A program made the translations under genes and the position numbers. Under the pieces are notes generated by a model that saw nothing but the letters and a program-made list of their open reading frames with translations, had not been told where the DNA came from and searched no databases. A DNA stretch of 64,000 nt from assembly GCA_963728915.1 (NCBI GenBank), contig CAVSLV010000003.1, positions 192,370 to 256,369 of the forward strand, in the 5' to 3' direction. Shown here in pieces: positions 1-9,928 of this stretch; the first letter of the stretch is position 1, and each line of letters opens with the position of its first letter. This DNA comes from an uncultured Gemmatimonadales bacterium. GTDB taxonomy: Bacteria; Gemmatimonadota; Gemmatimonadetes; Gemmatimonadales; GWC2-71-9.

Positions 1-945
1 CTCGGGGGGAATCCCGGCCAGCCCGAGCGCCTGGTAGAGCTCCGCCTCACCGCCGCAGGCCACCGGCTCGTTGCCACGCCGGAGTGTGACCCCGTCGAAC
101 GACAGACTCCGCTCCCGGGCTTTGGCCTCGAGCAGCGCCAGGTGCTCCGGGTTTCCCGTCCCCCGGACCAGGGCGCTCCCGAAGCTGATCGCCCGGACCA
201 CCAGGAGCCTCCCGGGGGTGCCGCCGGCGGTGCGGAATCCGACCTCCGATCCTCCCGGATTCACGTTGGTGATCGCGACCCCGCTCAGGTCGGCCAGTCC
301 TCCGGAAAACCCACCGGGAGACTGGTCTCCCACATCGACCACCAGCACCAGCTCGCCCGCGACTTCGGCGCGCCGGCGCACATCGCCGGCGACGACCACC
401 CGCTCCACGCCCTCGAGCTCGGCGAGCGCGGCACGGAGGACTTCGGCTTCCCGGGCTGCTTCGTGCCACAGCGACAGGGTCCGCGCGCCGCGCACGAAGG
501 CGATCCCCCGAAGGACCTTCTCGGCGGTCTTGGCTCCCAATCCCGGCAGCTTGGCGAGCCGGCCGTCCCGGGCCGCGTCTTCCAGCTGTTCCAGGCTGTC
601 GATCCCCAGCTTCTGATGAATGGTGCGAACCCGCTTGAAGCCCAAGCCGGGGATCTCCGCCATCTCCAGCAAGCCGGGCGGCACTTCGCGACGGAGCTCT
701 TCGAGGTAGCGCGAGCTGCCGGTGGTGAGCAGCTCGTGCACGATCGCCAGGGTCGCGGGTCCGATGCCTTTCGTGGCGGCCAGCGATCCGTCGGCGAGGG
801 CCTCTTCCACCCCGCCGGGCAGCGCCATGATCACCTTGGCCGCGGCCTGGAAGGCCCGGACCCGGAAGGGATTCTCTCCCTTGTACTCGAGGAACTCGGC
901 GATCCGCTCGAGCACGCTGGCCACCGCGAGGCGATCGGTGCTCAC
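1..945 (-). CDS. polX: DNA polymerase X family protein (PolX; N-terminal part, runs off window), non-canonical active site
   Basis: Translated by hand (not in ORF track). GTG at 945 overlaps the upstream TGA. Reads STDRLAVASVLERIAEFLEYKGENPFRVRAF, HhH motifs GIGPAT and IPGLGFKR, LPGLGAKTAEKVL, and EAELYQALGLAGIPPE, all typical of bacterial PolX. Confidence 0.9.
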   Translation of the reverse strand, partial: MSTDRLAVASVLERIAEFLEYKGENPFRVRAFQAAAKVIMALPGGVEEALADGSLAATKGIGPATLAIVHELLTTGSSRYLEELRREVPPGLLEMAEIPGLGFKRVRTIHQKLGIDSLEQLEDAARDGRLAKLPGLGAKTAEKVLRGIAFVRGARTLSLWHEAAREAEVLRAALAELEGVERVVVAGDVRRRAEVAGELVLVVDVGDQSPGGFSGGLADLSGVAITNVNPGGSEVGFRTAGGTPGRLLVVRAISFGSALVRGTGNPEHLALLEAKARERSLSFDGVTLRRGNEPVACGGEAELYQALGLAGIPPE

Positions 946-1580
946 GGCAGCGCCTCGATCCGCCAGCAGAGCTCCAGCAGCTCGGCTTCGGAGGTCACTG
1001 CGCCGATGCCGGCCGGCACGCCGGTCTCCGATTGCATCGGTGCGAAGAGGGGGACCATGGACTCCCGACGCTCGAGCCCTGGAGCCGGACCCGAGACCTC
1101 GAGCGCGGTGAAACCTTCCCGTCCCGGGCGAAGTCCGAGGATCGCGAGGGCATCGAGACGTTCGCCGCTCCGCATCCGGAACCAGCCATCGAGCGGCTCG
1201 GGCGGTCCATCGGACAGCACTCCCCAGATGGCAAGCGCCGGAAGCTGGACATAACGCGCCAATGCAGGCTCCGCCGTGGGCGATGGTCCGGGTGGCTGGA
1301 CCAGCGCCCGGCGAAGCTCTTCCTCCGAAACGATCCGGACCGGCTCGCCGCTCGCCCGAAAAAGAGCGGCATGATGGAGCAACGCCGAGAAGGCCTCGGT
1401 CGCTTCACCGAACCCCTCATCGGGCCTCATGGCGTGAAGCAGCTCGGCTGCTTCGCGCTCGAGCAGGACCAGGTCCCGGTCGGCGGAGTCCTTGCCGGCG
1501 GCGGCGAGATCGTCCCGGAGCCGGTCGAAGCGGTCCCGCCATTCGGCAAAGACCAGCTCGAACGGGGTGGGGCGGGTCAT
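942..1580 (-). CDS. Hypothetical protein (212 aa)
   Basis: ATG at 1580 (MTRPTPFELVF) overlaps the upstream stop; coupled at both ends within an operon-like run. Confidence 0.75.
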   Translation of the reverse strand: MTRPTPFELVFAEWRDRFDRLRDDLAAAGKDSADRDLVLLEREAAELLHAMRPDEGFGEATEAFSALLHHAALFRASGEPVRIVSEEELRRALVQPPGPSPTAEPALARYVQLPALAIWGVLSDGPPEPLDGWFRMRSGERLDALAILGLRPGREGFTALEVSGPAPGLERRESMVPLFAPMQSETGVPAGIGAVTSEAELLELCWRIEALP

Positions 1581-2407
1581 GAACCGCTCTTGGGAAGGAA
1601 ATGGTCGAGCGCGCGGGTGAAGGCATCCGGGGCTTCGACATAGGGGACGTGACCACAGTCCGGGATCCGCACCAGGGGCGCGCGGAGCAAGCCGGCCAGC
1701 ACTTCGGCGGTTTCCATCGGAATGGGATCGTCCTCGCCATGGACCACCAGCGCGGGAAGGGCGAGGGTCGCGAGCCGGGGGCGAAGATCGAAGTCGCCCA
1801 GGCTGGACCACACCTCGTCGTAGGTGCGGCCGGTGATCCGGAACGGGGTGAGCTCGAGCGACTGCCGCCAGTCGTGGAAGTACCCCGCGACCGACAGGGC
1901 GAACATCCGCCGGCGATAGGTCTCGTCGCCTAACCCGCCCCGCCCCGCCGCCTGGGTTTCCCGGCGGAAGGCCTGGACCGGGGGCGCGGCGTTTCGGCCG
2001 GCCAGACGCCGTTCGAACTCGAGCCGGGCTCCCCGCCAGACCGGGGCACAGGAGACCAGGGCCATGCGCTCCACCCGGCCGGGGTGCTCGAGCGCATAGA
2101 GCAGGGCGAGGAGGCCGCCCCAGGAATACCCCGTCAGGGTGAGTCGCTCGAGACCCCAGACGGTGCGGAGCGCCTCCAGGTCGGCGACCTGTTCCCGCCA
2201 GCCGACCGGGACCTCCCGTTCGACCGGTGATTGTCCCCCGCCCCGCTGATCGTAGTAGATGAGGGTCCGGCCGACCGCCAGCCGGTCGAAGCCGGGAAGG
2301 AGGTAATCGTGGTGAGCCCCGGGACCGCCATGCAGCACCACCACCTCGGGGCCGGACCCGGCCCGGCGCTCATAGAGCCGAACCCCGCGGACCTCTCGAA
2401 CCGTCAC
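1577..2407 (-). CDS. Alpha/beta hydrolase (proline iminopeptidase-like, S33)
   Basis: HGGPG, YDQRGGG, nucleophile elbow GYSWGG, HGEDD, and GH catalytic His. GTG start overlaps the upstream TGA. Confidence 0.9.
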   Translation of the reverse strand: MTVREVRGVRLYERRAGSGPEVVVLHGGPGAHHDYLLPGFDRLAVGRTLIYYDQRGGGQSPVEREVPVGWREQVADLEALRTVWGLERLTLTGYSWGGLLALLYALEHPGRVERMALVSCAPVWRGARLEFERRLAGRNAAPPVQAFRRETQAAGRGGLGDETYRRRMFALSVAGYFHDWRQSLELTPFRITGRTYDEVWSSLGDFDLRPRLATLALPALVVHGEDDPIPMETAEVLAGLLRAPLVRIPDCGHVPYVEAPDAFTRALDHFLPKSGS

Positions 2408-2859
2408 AGCAGCACAGCGAGGGCGTCCGCCACCTTCCGAACCTCGGCTTCTTCCGGGGCGGTGAAGGGATCCGGTTCGTCGCTGTCCACGTCGATCTGT
2501 CCCAGGATGGTCTCGCCCAGGCGGATCAGCACCACCAGCTCCGAACGGGTAAAGAGATTGCAGGCGAGATAGTGCTCCGCTGCGCGCACGTCGCCGACGT
2601 TCTGGTCTTCCCCGGTGGCGACCGCCCGCCCGCACACGCCGGCGCCTACCGGGATCCGGGTGTGCTCGGTCTCTCGTCCGCTCCAGGCCTCGAGCTCGAG
2701 CTGGTCCCCGTGCAGCATGTAGAGATAGACCGAGGTGTAGGGCGCTCCCGCGGCCCGGATCCGGTCGGCCGCAAACTGGAGCAATCCGTGTCGGTCCTCG
2801 TCCCGCGCGAACGCTCCCCGCAGCGCGGCGACGATCGGTTCGGCGTGCAGCACCGCCAT
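2404..2859 (-). CDS. GAF-domain protein (free Met-R-sulfoxide reductase-like)
   Basis: IPVGAGVCGRA, HYLAC, SELVV, GQIDVDS motifs. Confidence 0.8.
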   Translation of the reverse strand: MAVLHAEPIVAALRGAFARDEDRHGLLQFAADRIRAAGAPYTSVYLYMLHGDQLELEAWSGRETEHTRIPVGAGVCGRAVATGEDQNVGDVRAAEHYLACNLFTRSELVVLIRLGETILGQIDVDSDEPDPFTAPEEAEVRKVADALAVLL

Positions 2860-3374
2860 CAGGGCGGGCAGCCTTCCCGGCGACGGGTGTCGGCCAGGTC
2901 GATGATCTTCCAGCCTTCCGCGGTCCGGACCAGGTGGAAGAGGTCCACCCCGCAGTGGCTCAGCTTGTCGTCCAGGTAGAAGCTGTATTCGGCCCAGACC
3001 GAGGCGAGCCCGGCGTCCACGTGCACCACCGGGTTACGCAGCCGCTCGTCGAGCAACCCGACTTGCGCATTGGCGATGCCCGCCAGCCACTGCGTAGGGG
3101 ACACAATGCCGACCATCGGCACGCTGTCCCGCACGCCGGTGGTCACCAGGCGCGCCTCGGGATGCAGGGTCGAGCGCATCTTGCTGCTGTCCTTCTCCCG
3201 CATCCCGATGAAGAGCTGCTGCACCACCGCGAAGACCTCCCGCTGGGCGTCGCTCCAGGCCTGACTCGCCATCGGGCGCTCCTGAGCGGGCTCCCGCATC
3301 CGCTGCTGGGAAGACGCGGCGTGCAGGGGAGCGCCCAGACACCATGCGCCGAGCGCGAGCCATCGGTATCTCAT
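2859..3374 (-). CDS. Exported NTF2-like / lumazine-binding-like protein
   Basis: Signal peptide MRYRWLALGAWCL; LASVWAEYSFY...HCGVDLFHLVRTAEGWKI. Confidence 0.8.
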   Translation of the reverse strand: MRYRWLALGAWCLGAPLHAASSQQRMREPAQERPMASQAWSDAQREVFAVVQQLFIGMREKDSSKMRSTLHPEARLVTTGVRDSVPMVGIVSPTQWLAGIANAQVGLLDERLRNPVVHVDAGLASVWAEYSFYLDDKLSHCGVDLFHLVRTAEGWKIIDLADTRRREGCPP

Positions 3375-3409
3375 CGTACCTCTTCGAAAAAAAAGTGGTC
3401 GTGGCACAC

Positions 3410-3790
3410 TCAGCCCGAGGCGGGAGGGGGCCTCCGCCCCGGGTCCGACAGCAGGCGCTCGGTGAAATCCACCCGTTCCGAGAGATCGCTCACCTCGCGG
3501 CGCAGCGCTTCGACTTCCTCCAGGAGCTCGGTGGGCACGCCGGACCCCAGTGTGGTGGTGTCTCCCGGGTCCCACTGGCGGACTTTCCGGCCCTCTTCGT
3601 CGCGGAACTCGCCGGCCGCGATCAGGATGAGATCGTAGAGATACCAGAGCCCGAGTCCGCCGATGGTGCAGAGCTGGAGCAGCCCGGTGCCGATCTTCCC
3701 CACGTAGAACCGGTGGGCGCCGAAAACGCCCAGCGGGATGCAGAGCGCCAGGGCGACACCACGCGATTTATCGGAGGGCGGAGTGGTCAT
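3410..3790 (-). CDS. TM2-domain membrane protein with C-terminal coiled coil
   Basis: LGVFGAHRFYVGKIGTG...GGLGLWYLYDLI; LSERVDFTERLL coil. Confidence 0.9.
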   Translation of the reverse strand: MTTPPSDKSRGVALALCIPLGVFGAHRFYVGKIGTGLLQLCTIGGLGLWYLYDLILIAAGEFRDEEGRKVRQWDPGDTTTLGSGVPTELLEEVEALRREVSDLSERVDFTERLLSDPGRRPPPASG

Positions 3791-3793
3791 CGT

Positions 3794-5257
3794 TCAGAAG
3801 GTACCGCCGGATTCCTCGCTCGTCACTTCCCGCCCGATCGTGACGGTTTGCTCCAGGAAGAGCTCCAGGTCCGAGATCACCGTTCGATGATTGGTGATCG
3901 CCACCCGGATGCCGAACCTGTCTCCCAGCACCGTGGCGGAAGGGACCGCGACGCCGCGCTCCTGTAACCGCATCAGGATTTCCTGGTTCACCCGGTCGAG
4001 GGTCTCGCGGGGACCCCGGCAATAGCGGAGACACACGATGTTGAGCGGGACCGGCGCCAGCAGCTCGACTTCGGCGTGGCGATGGACCAGCCCGGCCAGG
4101 TGTTTGGCCTGCGCGACGTTCTGTTCGATCAACCGGGCGTACTTCGCAACGCCGTGTTCCTTGAGCAGCATCCAGACCTTGAGTCCGCGAAACTCCCGGG
4201 AAAGCTCCGGGCTCAGCGAGCCGGGGTCGTGGTCGACCGGCGCCGCGCCCCGGGGCAACCGCGCCAGGTAGCTGGCGTGGACCGCGAAGGGCCGCCGATG
4301 GGCCTCGGGATCCCGGACCAGCACGGCGCCCACGTCGTACGGCATGTAAAGCCACTTATGCAGATCGAAGGCGATCGAATCGGCGCGCTCCATGCCCGCG
4401 ACCAGCGGGCGCAGCGTGTCGGAGAGCGCCGCCAGCGCGCCGAAGGCCCCATCGATGTGGAGCCACAGGTCCTCCCGCTCGCAGAGATCGGCCAGGGCGG
4501 AGAGGTCGTCGATCGCGCCGGTGTTCACGGTGCCGGCGTTGCCGATCACGCAGGCGGGCCGCCGGCCCAGAGCGCGATCGGCGGTGATGGCCTCCTGGAG
4601 CGCGGCCGGCTCGATGCGGAAGTCGGGCGCCACCGGGATCCGGCGCAAGCCGTCCTTCCCGAGACCGAGCAGGCGGATCGCCTTGTCCACCGAATTGTGG
4701 GTTTCGCTGGAGGCGTAGAACACCGGGATCTGCCCCGCCCCGCCTAACCCGCTCTCCGTGATGGCGGGGTCGGCCGCGTCCCGCGCCGCCGCAAGCGCCA
4801 CCAGGTTCGCCACCGACCCGCCGGTCACCAGGACTCCGCTCGATTCGGCGGGAAACCCCAGCATCGTCTTGCACCAGGCCAGGACCTGCTCTTCGACGCA
4901 GGGCGCGATCTGGTTGCCGCCCCCGGCATTGGTGTTGATCACCGCGGTGGCGAGCTCGGCCAGCGCGCCGCTGGGGGAGCCGGTGCCGTTCACCCAGCCC
5001 CAGAAGCGGGGATGCACATTGCCCCACGGGTACGGCAGCACCAGGCGGTGAAAGTCCTCCCAGGCCGCGGCGAGCCCCGCTCCCTTCCGGGGCAGCTCGG
5101 CCCGCAGCGCCTCCTTCACTTCGGGCGGCGGCGGCTGCCAGACGGGACGATCCCGCAGGGTGCTGAGCCAGTCCACCAGCTCATCGAGCACCTGATGGCC
5201 GTGGCTCCGGAACTCCTCCCAGGATTCCGGATCCAGATTCTCCTCAGGTCGGGCCAT
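3794..5257 (-). CDS. PLP-dependent group II amino-acid decarboxylase
   Basis: HPRFWGW, GTVNTGAID, WLHIDGAFG, DLHKW (PLP Lys). Confidence 0.92.
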   Translation of the reverse strand: MARPEENLDPESWEEFRSHGHQVLDELVDWLSTLRDRPVWQPPPPEVKEALRAELPRKGAGLAAAWEDFHRLVLPYPWGNVHPRFWGWVNGTGSPSGALAELATAVINTNAGGGNQIAPCVEEQVLAWCKTMLGFPAESSGVLVTGGSVANLVALAAARDAADPAITESGLGGAGQIPVFYASSETHNSVDKAIRLLGLGKDGLRRIPVAPDFRIEPAALQEAITADRALGRRPACVIGNAGTVNTGAIDDLSALADLCEREDLWLHIDGAFGALAALSDTLRPLVAGMERADSIAFDLHKWLYMPYDVGAVLVRDPEAHRRPFAVHASYLARLPRGAAPVDHDPGSLSPELSREFRGLKVWMLLKEHGVAKYARLIEQNVAQAKHLAGLVHRHAEVELLAPVPLNIVCLRYCRGPRETLDRVNQEILMRLQERGVAVPSATVLGDRFGIRVAITNHRTVISDLELFLEQTVTIGREVTSEESGGTF

Positions 5258-5304
5258 ACGGCCTCCTCTTGCGGTCAGTACACGGGACGAGGAAGATACT
5301 TCCC

Positions 5305-6840
5305 ATGATCCTCCCTCTTGCCTTGCTCGCCGCAGCGGCCCAGGCGCCCGATACCGGCTTTCGAGCCCGGATCGATCGGTGGCGCGAAGCCCGGGAAACC
5401 GCCATCGTCACGGAGCTGACCGAGCTCCTCTCGATCCCGAATCTCGCGTCCGATTCGGTCAATATCCGGCGCAATGCCGCCCTCATCATGCGGCTGCTCG
5501 AAAAGCGCGGGGCCCGAACCCGGCTGCTCGAGGCGCCGGGCTCGCCTCCCGCCGTCTATGGAGAGCTCCTGGCGCCCGGCGCGACCCGCACCGTGGTGTT
5601 CTATGCCCACTACGACGGCCAGCCGGTGGATCCCGGCCGGTGGGTTTCGCCGCCGTGGCAGGTCACCCTCCGCGACGGTCCGCTCGTCCCGGGACAGACC
5701 CCGAAGACCCTCCCCATGCCCGCCGAAGGGCAGCGCTTCGATCCCGAATCGCGGCTCTTCGCCCGCTCGGCGAGCGACGACAAGTCGCCGATCATCGCCA
5801 TGCTGACGGCCCTGGATGCCTTGAAGGATTTAGGGCTCACCCGGTCGGTCAATCTCAAGTTCTTTTTCGAGGGTGAGGAGGAAGCAGGCTCCCAGCACAT
5901 CCACGACATGCTGTCCCTGCACAAGGACCTGCTCAAGGCGGATCTCTGGCTCTTCTGCGATGGGCCGGTGCACCAGAGCAGGCGGCCGGTCATCGCCTTC
6001 GGGGTACGCGGGGTGATGGGGGTGAACCTCACCATTTACGGGCCGCTCCGGCCCCTCCACAGCGGCCACTACGGGAACTGGGCTCCCAACCCCAACGTGA
6101 TGATGGCGCATCTCGTCGCGTCCCTGCGCGACGAAGAGGGCAAGATCCTGATCGACGGGTTCTACGATGACGTGCGCCCGTTTTCCGAGGCCCAGAAGCG
6201 AGCCCTGGCGGCCATGCCACGCATGGAGGATCAGCTCGCGGCGGAGCTCGAGCTGGGACGCACCGAGGGAAACGGAGCGTCCCTGGTCGAGCTGGTCTCG
6301 CGACCGGGTCTCAATGTGAGCGGACTCTCGGGCGGGCAGACCGGAGCGCGCTCGGCGAACGTCATCGTCCCGGAGTCCAGCGCGTATCTCGACTTCCGGC
6401 TGGTGCCGGATCAACGGCCCGAGCGGATCCGCTCCATGCTCGAGGCCCATTTCCGGAAGCTGGGCTACTTCGTGGTGCACGACGATCCGGATAGCGCCAC
6501 CCGGCGGGCCCATCCCCGGATCGTGAAGATGACCGGGGACGGGGGCTACCCGGCCACTTCGACGGCGCTCGATCTGCCGGTCTCCCGCGCGGTGATTCGC
6601 GCCGCGGAGGAGGCTCTGGGCCAGCCGGTGATCGTGGAGCCTCCGATGGGCGGAAGCCTGCCGCTCTTTCACTTCGAGGAGGTGCTCGGGGTCCCGCTGA
6701 TCATGACGCCGATGGTCAACCATGACAACAACCAGCACGCCGAAAACGAGAACCTCCGGATCAGGAATCTCTGGGACGGGATCGCGCTCTATGCCGGCCT
6801 GGTCGCGAAGATCGGCGGCGAGTGGAAGGTGATGCCCTAG
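5305..6840 (+). CDS. M20 family metallopeptidase, exported
   Basis: Signal peptide; YAHYDGQP, RSASDDK, EGEEEAGS, HAENE. Confidence 0.92.
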   Translation: MILPLALLAAAAQAPDTGFRARIDRWREARETAIVTELTELLSIPNLASDSVNIRRNAALIMRLLEKRGARTRLLEAPGSPPAVYGELLAPGATRTVVFYAHYDGQPVDPGRWVSPPWQVTLRDGPLVPGQTPKTLPMPAEGQRFDPESRLFARSASDDKSPIIAMLTALDALKDLGLTRSVNLKFFFEGEEEAGSQHIHDMLSLHKDLLKADLWLFCDGPVHQSRRPVIAFGVRGVMGVNLTIYGPLRPLHSGHYGNWAPNPNVMMAHLVASLRDEEGKILIDGFYDDVRPFSEAQKRALAAMPRMEDQLAAELELGRTEGNGASLVELVSRPGLNVSGLSGGQTGARSANVIVPESSAYLDFRLVPDQRPERIRSMLEAHFRKLGYFVVHDDPDSATRRAHPRIVKMTGDGGYPATSTALDLPVSRAVIRAAEEALGQPVIVEPPMGGSLPLFHFEEVLGVPLIMTPMVNHDNNQHAENENLRIRNLWDGIALYAGLVAKIGGEWKVMP

Positions 6841-6842
6841 AC

Positions 6843-7388
6843 TCAGGCGCCGCCGCCGGAGGGATGCCCGGGCCACGAGGGCCGGGGGATTCCGGCATCC
6901 ATCCGGTAGAAGCCGAGGTCCCGGGACGAGCGCAGCTTGGCGATGTAGAGGATCTGCCCGGCGTGCATCGCGAAGTGCTCGACTACGTGATAAATCGCTT
7001 CCATCACGGTCGTCTCGCGTCCCTGGATCCGGCGCCGCTCCTGGAGCGATGCCGGATCGGTCCGGGCGAGCACCGCGTCCACCTCGCTCACCGCGGCGGC
7101 CAGGGTCGCGAGCAGCTGGTCGCCGGAGACGCCGTCCTGGGCGGCAAACTCGGCGGGACGGTCCCGCCGATCGGGCGCACCACCGATGCCGCTCCCGATC
7201 CACTGGCGGATGTTCCCGGCCAGATGGAGCATCAGGTTTCCGATCGCATTGGAGGCCGGGTTAGGGCGCCACCAGAGGTCTTCCTCGGTCAGCCCGGCGA
7301 CGGCGGCGCGAATCTTGGGGAGGTAGTGCGCGGTGAAGTATTCCCGCGACTGGGCCAGGAATGCCGCTCCGGTTGCCATACTGGTCAT
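6843..7388 (-). CDS. DinB/DUF1572 family protein
   Basis: NAIGNLMLHLAGN...RDRPAEF...HFAMHAGQI. Confidence 0.88.
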   Translation of the reverse strand: MTSMATGAAFLAQSREYFTAHYLPKIRAAVAGLTEEDLWWRPNPASNAIGNLMLHLAGNIRQWIGSGIGGAPDRRDRPAEFAAQDGVSGDQLLATLAAAVSEVDAVLARTDPASLQERRRIQGRETTVMEAIYHVVEHFAMHAGQILYIAKLRSSRDLGFYRMDAGIPRPSWPGHPSGGGA

Positions 7389-8080
7389 CCTTTCCCCATC
7401 AGGCCGTCGAGCAGGAGGGGATACACCGTGGCGCTGACCCGGTCCTCCGTCAGGGTGGCGGCGTCGTCCGACCAGTGCCGGTGCACCATCGCCCAGGTGA
7501 GCGTTTCCACCACGAAGTGCGCCACCACCAGCGGTTCGGCCCGCCGCGGTATCGCACCTTCCTCCATTCTCCGGCCAAGATAGTCCCCGATCCGCCGGAT
7601 TCCGCCGCGCCAGAACCGCCGGTAGAAGATCTGAGAGAGATCGGGCCAGTCGGTGGCGGATCGCTCGATCAACTTGATCGCCTTGCGATATCGGGTGAGC
7701 CAGGCGCCAAGCTCCTGGAGAATCCCGCTGACCTCGCGCCGCACGTCACCGGGAGGGGGAGAATCGATGGCCACCCAGAGGAGCGGGAAATGAGAGGCGT
7801 TCTGGATCGAGCGCCAGGCGTGGTCGGCGATCTCCCCTCGGGCGGGTGCGGGGTGCGGCAGCGGGATGTCCCAGATGGTAGGATCCTCGAGCGAGCGCCG
7901 GAGCGCGAGATCGAAGAGGGCCTCCTTGCCCTCGGCGTAGAGGTAGACGGTCCCGGGGCCCACTTTGGCGAGCTGGGCGATGCTGCTCACCCTGGCCTTG
8001 GCGAATCCCTGCTGGATGAATGTGTCCGTGGCGGCATTCGCGATGTCATCGAGCCGCCTGGGAGCCTTACGTCTTGGCAT
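7385..8080 (-). CDS. TetR-family transcriptional regulator
   Basis: N-terminal HTH FIQQGFAKARVSSIAQLAKVGPGTVYLYAEGKEALF. Confidence 0.9.
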   Translation of the reverse strand: MPRRKAPRRLDDIANAATDTFIQQGFAKARVSSIAQLAKVGPGTVYLYAEGKEALFDLALRRSLEDPTIWDIPLPHPAPARGEIADHAWRSIQNASHFPLLWVAIDSPPPGDVRREVSGILQELGAWLTRYRKAIKLIERSATDWPDLSQIFYRRFWRGGIRRIGDYLGRRMEEGAIPRRAEPLVVAHFVVETLTWAMVHRHWSDDAATLTEDRVSATVYPLLLDGLMGKG

Positions 8081-8114
8081 TAATTAATAATAATTGATTC
8101 AGTTATTTTGTAAA
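8081..8114 (-). promoter_or_regulatory. Sigma70-like promoter and palindromic operator upstream of TetR (probably leaderless)
   Basis: Minus strand TTTACA-N16-TATTAT-N6-ATG. Inverted repeat AATAATTGA-T-TCAGTTATT (8089-8107, 1 mismatch) in a strongly AT-rich patch. Confidence 0.7.
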
Positions 8115-8182
8115 GTGCTAAACCACTGGGGCTGGACTACTGATTGGGATCTCAGCGGTTCGGTCCCCTGCCTGCTCCCCCT

Positions 8183-8222
8183 CTGTCCGCCAGTCCGTCT
8201 ATCCGCCGGTCCGCCGGTCCCC
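8183..8222. repeat. Degenerate octamer tandem repeat (CnGTCCGC-like x5)
   Basis: CTGTCCGC CAGTCCGT CTATCCGC CGGTCCGC CGGTCCCC. Confidence 0.7.
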
Positions 8223-8326
8223 CGCTTCCTCCCTTCCTGTCATTCGTCTCCATGGTTAACCTAGAAATGTGCGCGACGGCGTCGTCTGGCGTCGTCGCGC
8301 CGTTCGTCCAAGGTCCAGGAGTAGTC

Positions 8327-9916
8327 ATGCGAATCCGGAAGTTGGCGGTTTGGTCCGCCCTGCTCGCGCTCCCTCTGGTGGGGGGAGCCTTCATTCGGGA
8401 AAGTCAGCAGGCGGCCGACGGCGCCCGCCTCTTTGCCCAGGTCCTTCAGCGGATCCAGGAAAACTCGGTGGATTCGCTGAGCCGGAGCACCATCTACGAG
8501 AAGGCCGCTCGAGGCCTGGTGAAGAATCTCCAGGACCCCTACGCCGACCTCTATTCCCCCGAGGAGCTGGCGTCGTTCCAGCGTAACACGCTGCGGAACG
8601 ACTACGCCGGCCTCGGCATGTCGATCCGCCAGCAGGACGATCAGGTCGTCATCGAAACCGTCTTCCCCAATACCCCGGCCGCGGCGGGCGGGCTGATTCC
8701 CGGCGACCACATCGTCATGATCGACAGTACCTCCACCATCGGCTGGCGAACCGGTCAGGTCTCCGAGAAGCTGATCGGCAAGGCGGGAACTTCGGTCGAG
8801 CTCACCGTGCGGCGGCCGGGGGTGCCCGAGCCGATCCGCGGGAAGTTCGTGCGGGCGAACATCCGGGTGCCCGCGGTTCCCTACACCCTGGTGCTCGAGA
8901 ACGGGGTGGGCTACATCCCGCTTCAGGCCTTCAACAACGCGGCCGCCGAGGACGTGGCCCGGGCCCTCACCGGGCTTCGAACCCGCGGGGCGCGTTCCTA
9001 CGTGATCGATCTCCGGGGGAACGGCGGCGGCGCGCTCGATCAGGCCCTCGACATCAGCAATCTGTTCCTCACCGCCGGGGAGGAGATCGCCAGCGTGCGG
9101 CACCGCGGCCGGGAGCCCGAGGTCTACAATGCCAACCGCCCGGCCCCCCTGGTGGATTCGATGCCGGTGGTGGTGCTGGTGGACGGCGCGACCGCTTCCG
9201 CCTCCGAGATCGTCGCGGGGTCACTCCAGGATCACGACCGCGCCCTGGTGGTCGGGACGACGTCGTACGGCAAGGGGCTGGTGCAGACGCTCTTCCAGCT
9301 CGATGGCGGCTGGGCGATCAAGCTCACGACGGGCAAGTGGTACACCCCGAGCGGGCGTTCGATCCAGGCCGAGCACGACCGGCTCGAGGACGAGCGGTTC
9401 GTGGAATACGCCGATTCGACCAAGGGGCCCGAGGCCCACAAGCGCCCCGAGTTCAAGTCCGATGCGGGCCGGGTCATTCTGGGTGGGGGAGGAATCACCC
9501 CGGACATGGTCATCGAGCCCGACACCACCAGCGCCGCCGAGCGGGAGCTGGGCAAGGCGGTGGCGCCGACCCTGCCGGCCTGGTTCGCGACCATCGCGGG
9601 TTATGCGCAGGACGTGAAGGCCAACCTGCGCCCCGACTTCAAGATGACTCCCGCGATCCGGGACGAGTTCTTCAACCGGCTGGTCCAGGCCAAGGTGAAC
9701 GTGACCCGGGCCCAGTTCGACGCCGCTCAGCCCGCCATCGACCGGCTGCTGGAGCTCGAGTTCACCAAGTGGGCCTTCGGCGATTCAGCGCGTCTCCGCC
9801 GGAGCATTCCCAGCGACGAGCAGCTGGTCGCCGCGCTGGACCTGCTCAAGCGGACCTCTTCGCAGCGGCAGCTCCTCGCCATGGCGGAGGCGGAGGGCAA
9901 GAAGAAGCAGCAGTAG
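8327..9916 (+). CDS. S41 carboxy-terminal processing protease with PDZ domain
   Basis: DLRGNGGG, ASASEIVAG (Ser), YGKGLVQ (Lys), YTPSGRSI. Confidence 0.93.
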   Translation: MRIRKLAVWSALLALPLVGGAFIRESQQAADGARLFAQVLQRIQENSVDSLSRSTIYEKAARGLVKNLQDPYADLYSPEELASFQRNTLRNDYAGLGMSIRQQDDQVVIETVFPNTPAAAGGLIPGDHIVMIDSTSTIGWRTGQVSEKLIGKAGTSVELTVRRPGVPEPIRGKFVRANIRVPAVPYTLVLENGVGYIPLQAFNNAAAEDVARALTGLRTRGARSYVIDLRGNGGGALDQALDISNLFLTAGEEIASVRHRGREPEVYNANRPAPLVDSMPVVVLVDGATASASEIVAGSLQDHDRALVVGTTSYGKGLVQTLFQLDGGWAIKLTTGKWYTPSGRSIQAEHDRLEDERFVEYADSTKGPEAHKRPEFKSDAGRVILGGGGITPDMVIEPDTTSAAERELGKAVAPTLPAWFATIAGYAQDVKANLRPDFKMTPAIRDEFFNRLVQAKVNVTRAQFDAAQPAIDRLLELEFTKWAFGDSARLRRSIPSDEQLVAALDLLKRTSSQRQLLAMAEAEGKKKQQ

Positions 9917-9928
9917 GGCCAGGCAGGG

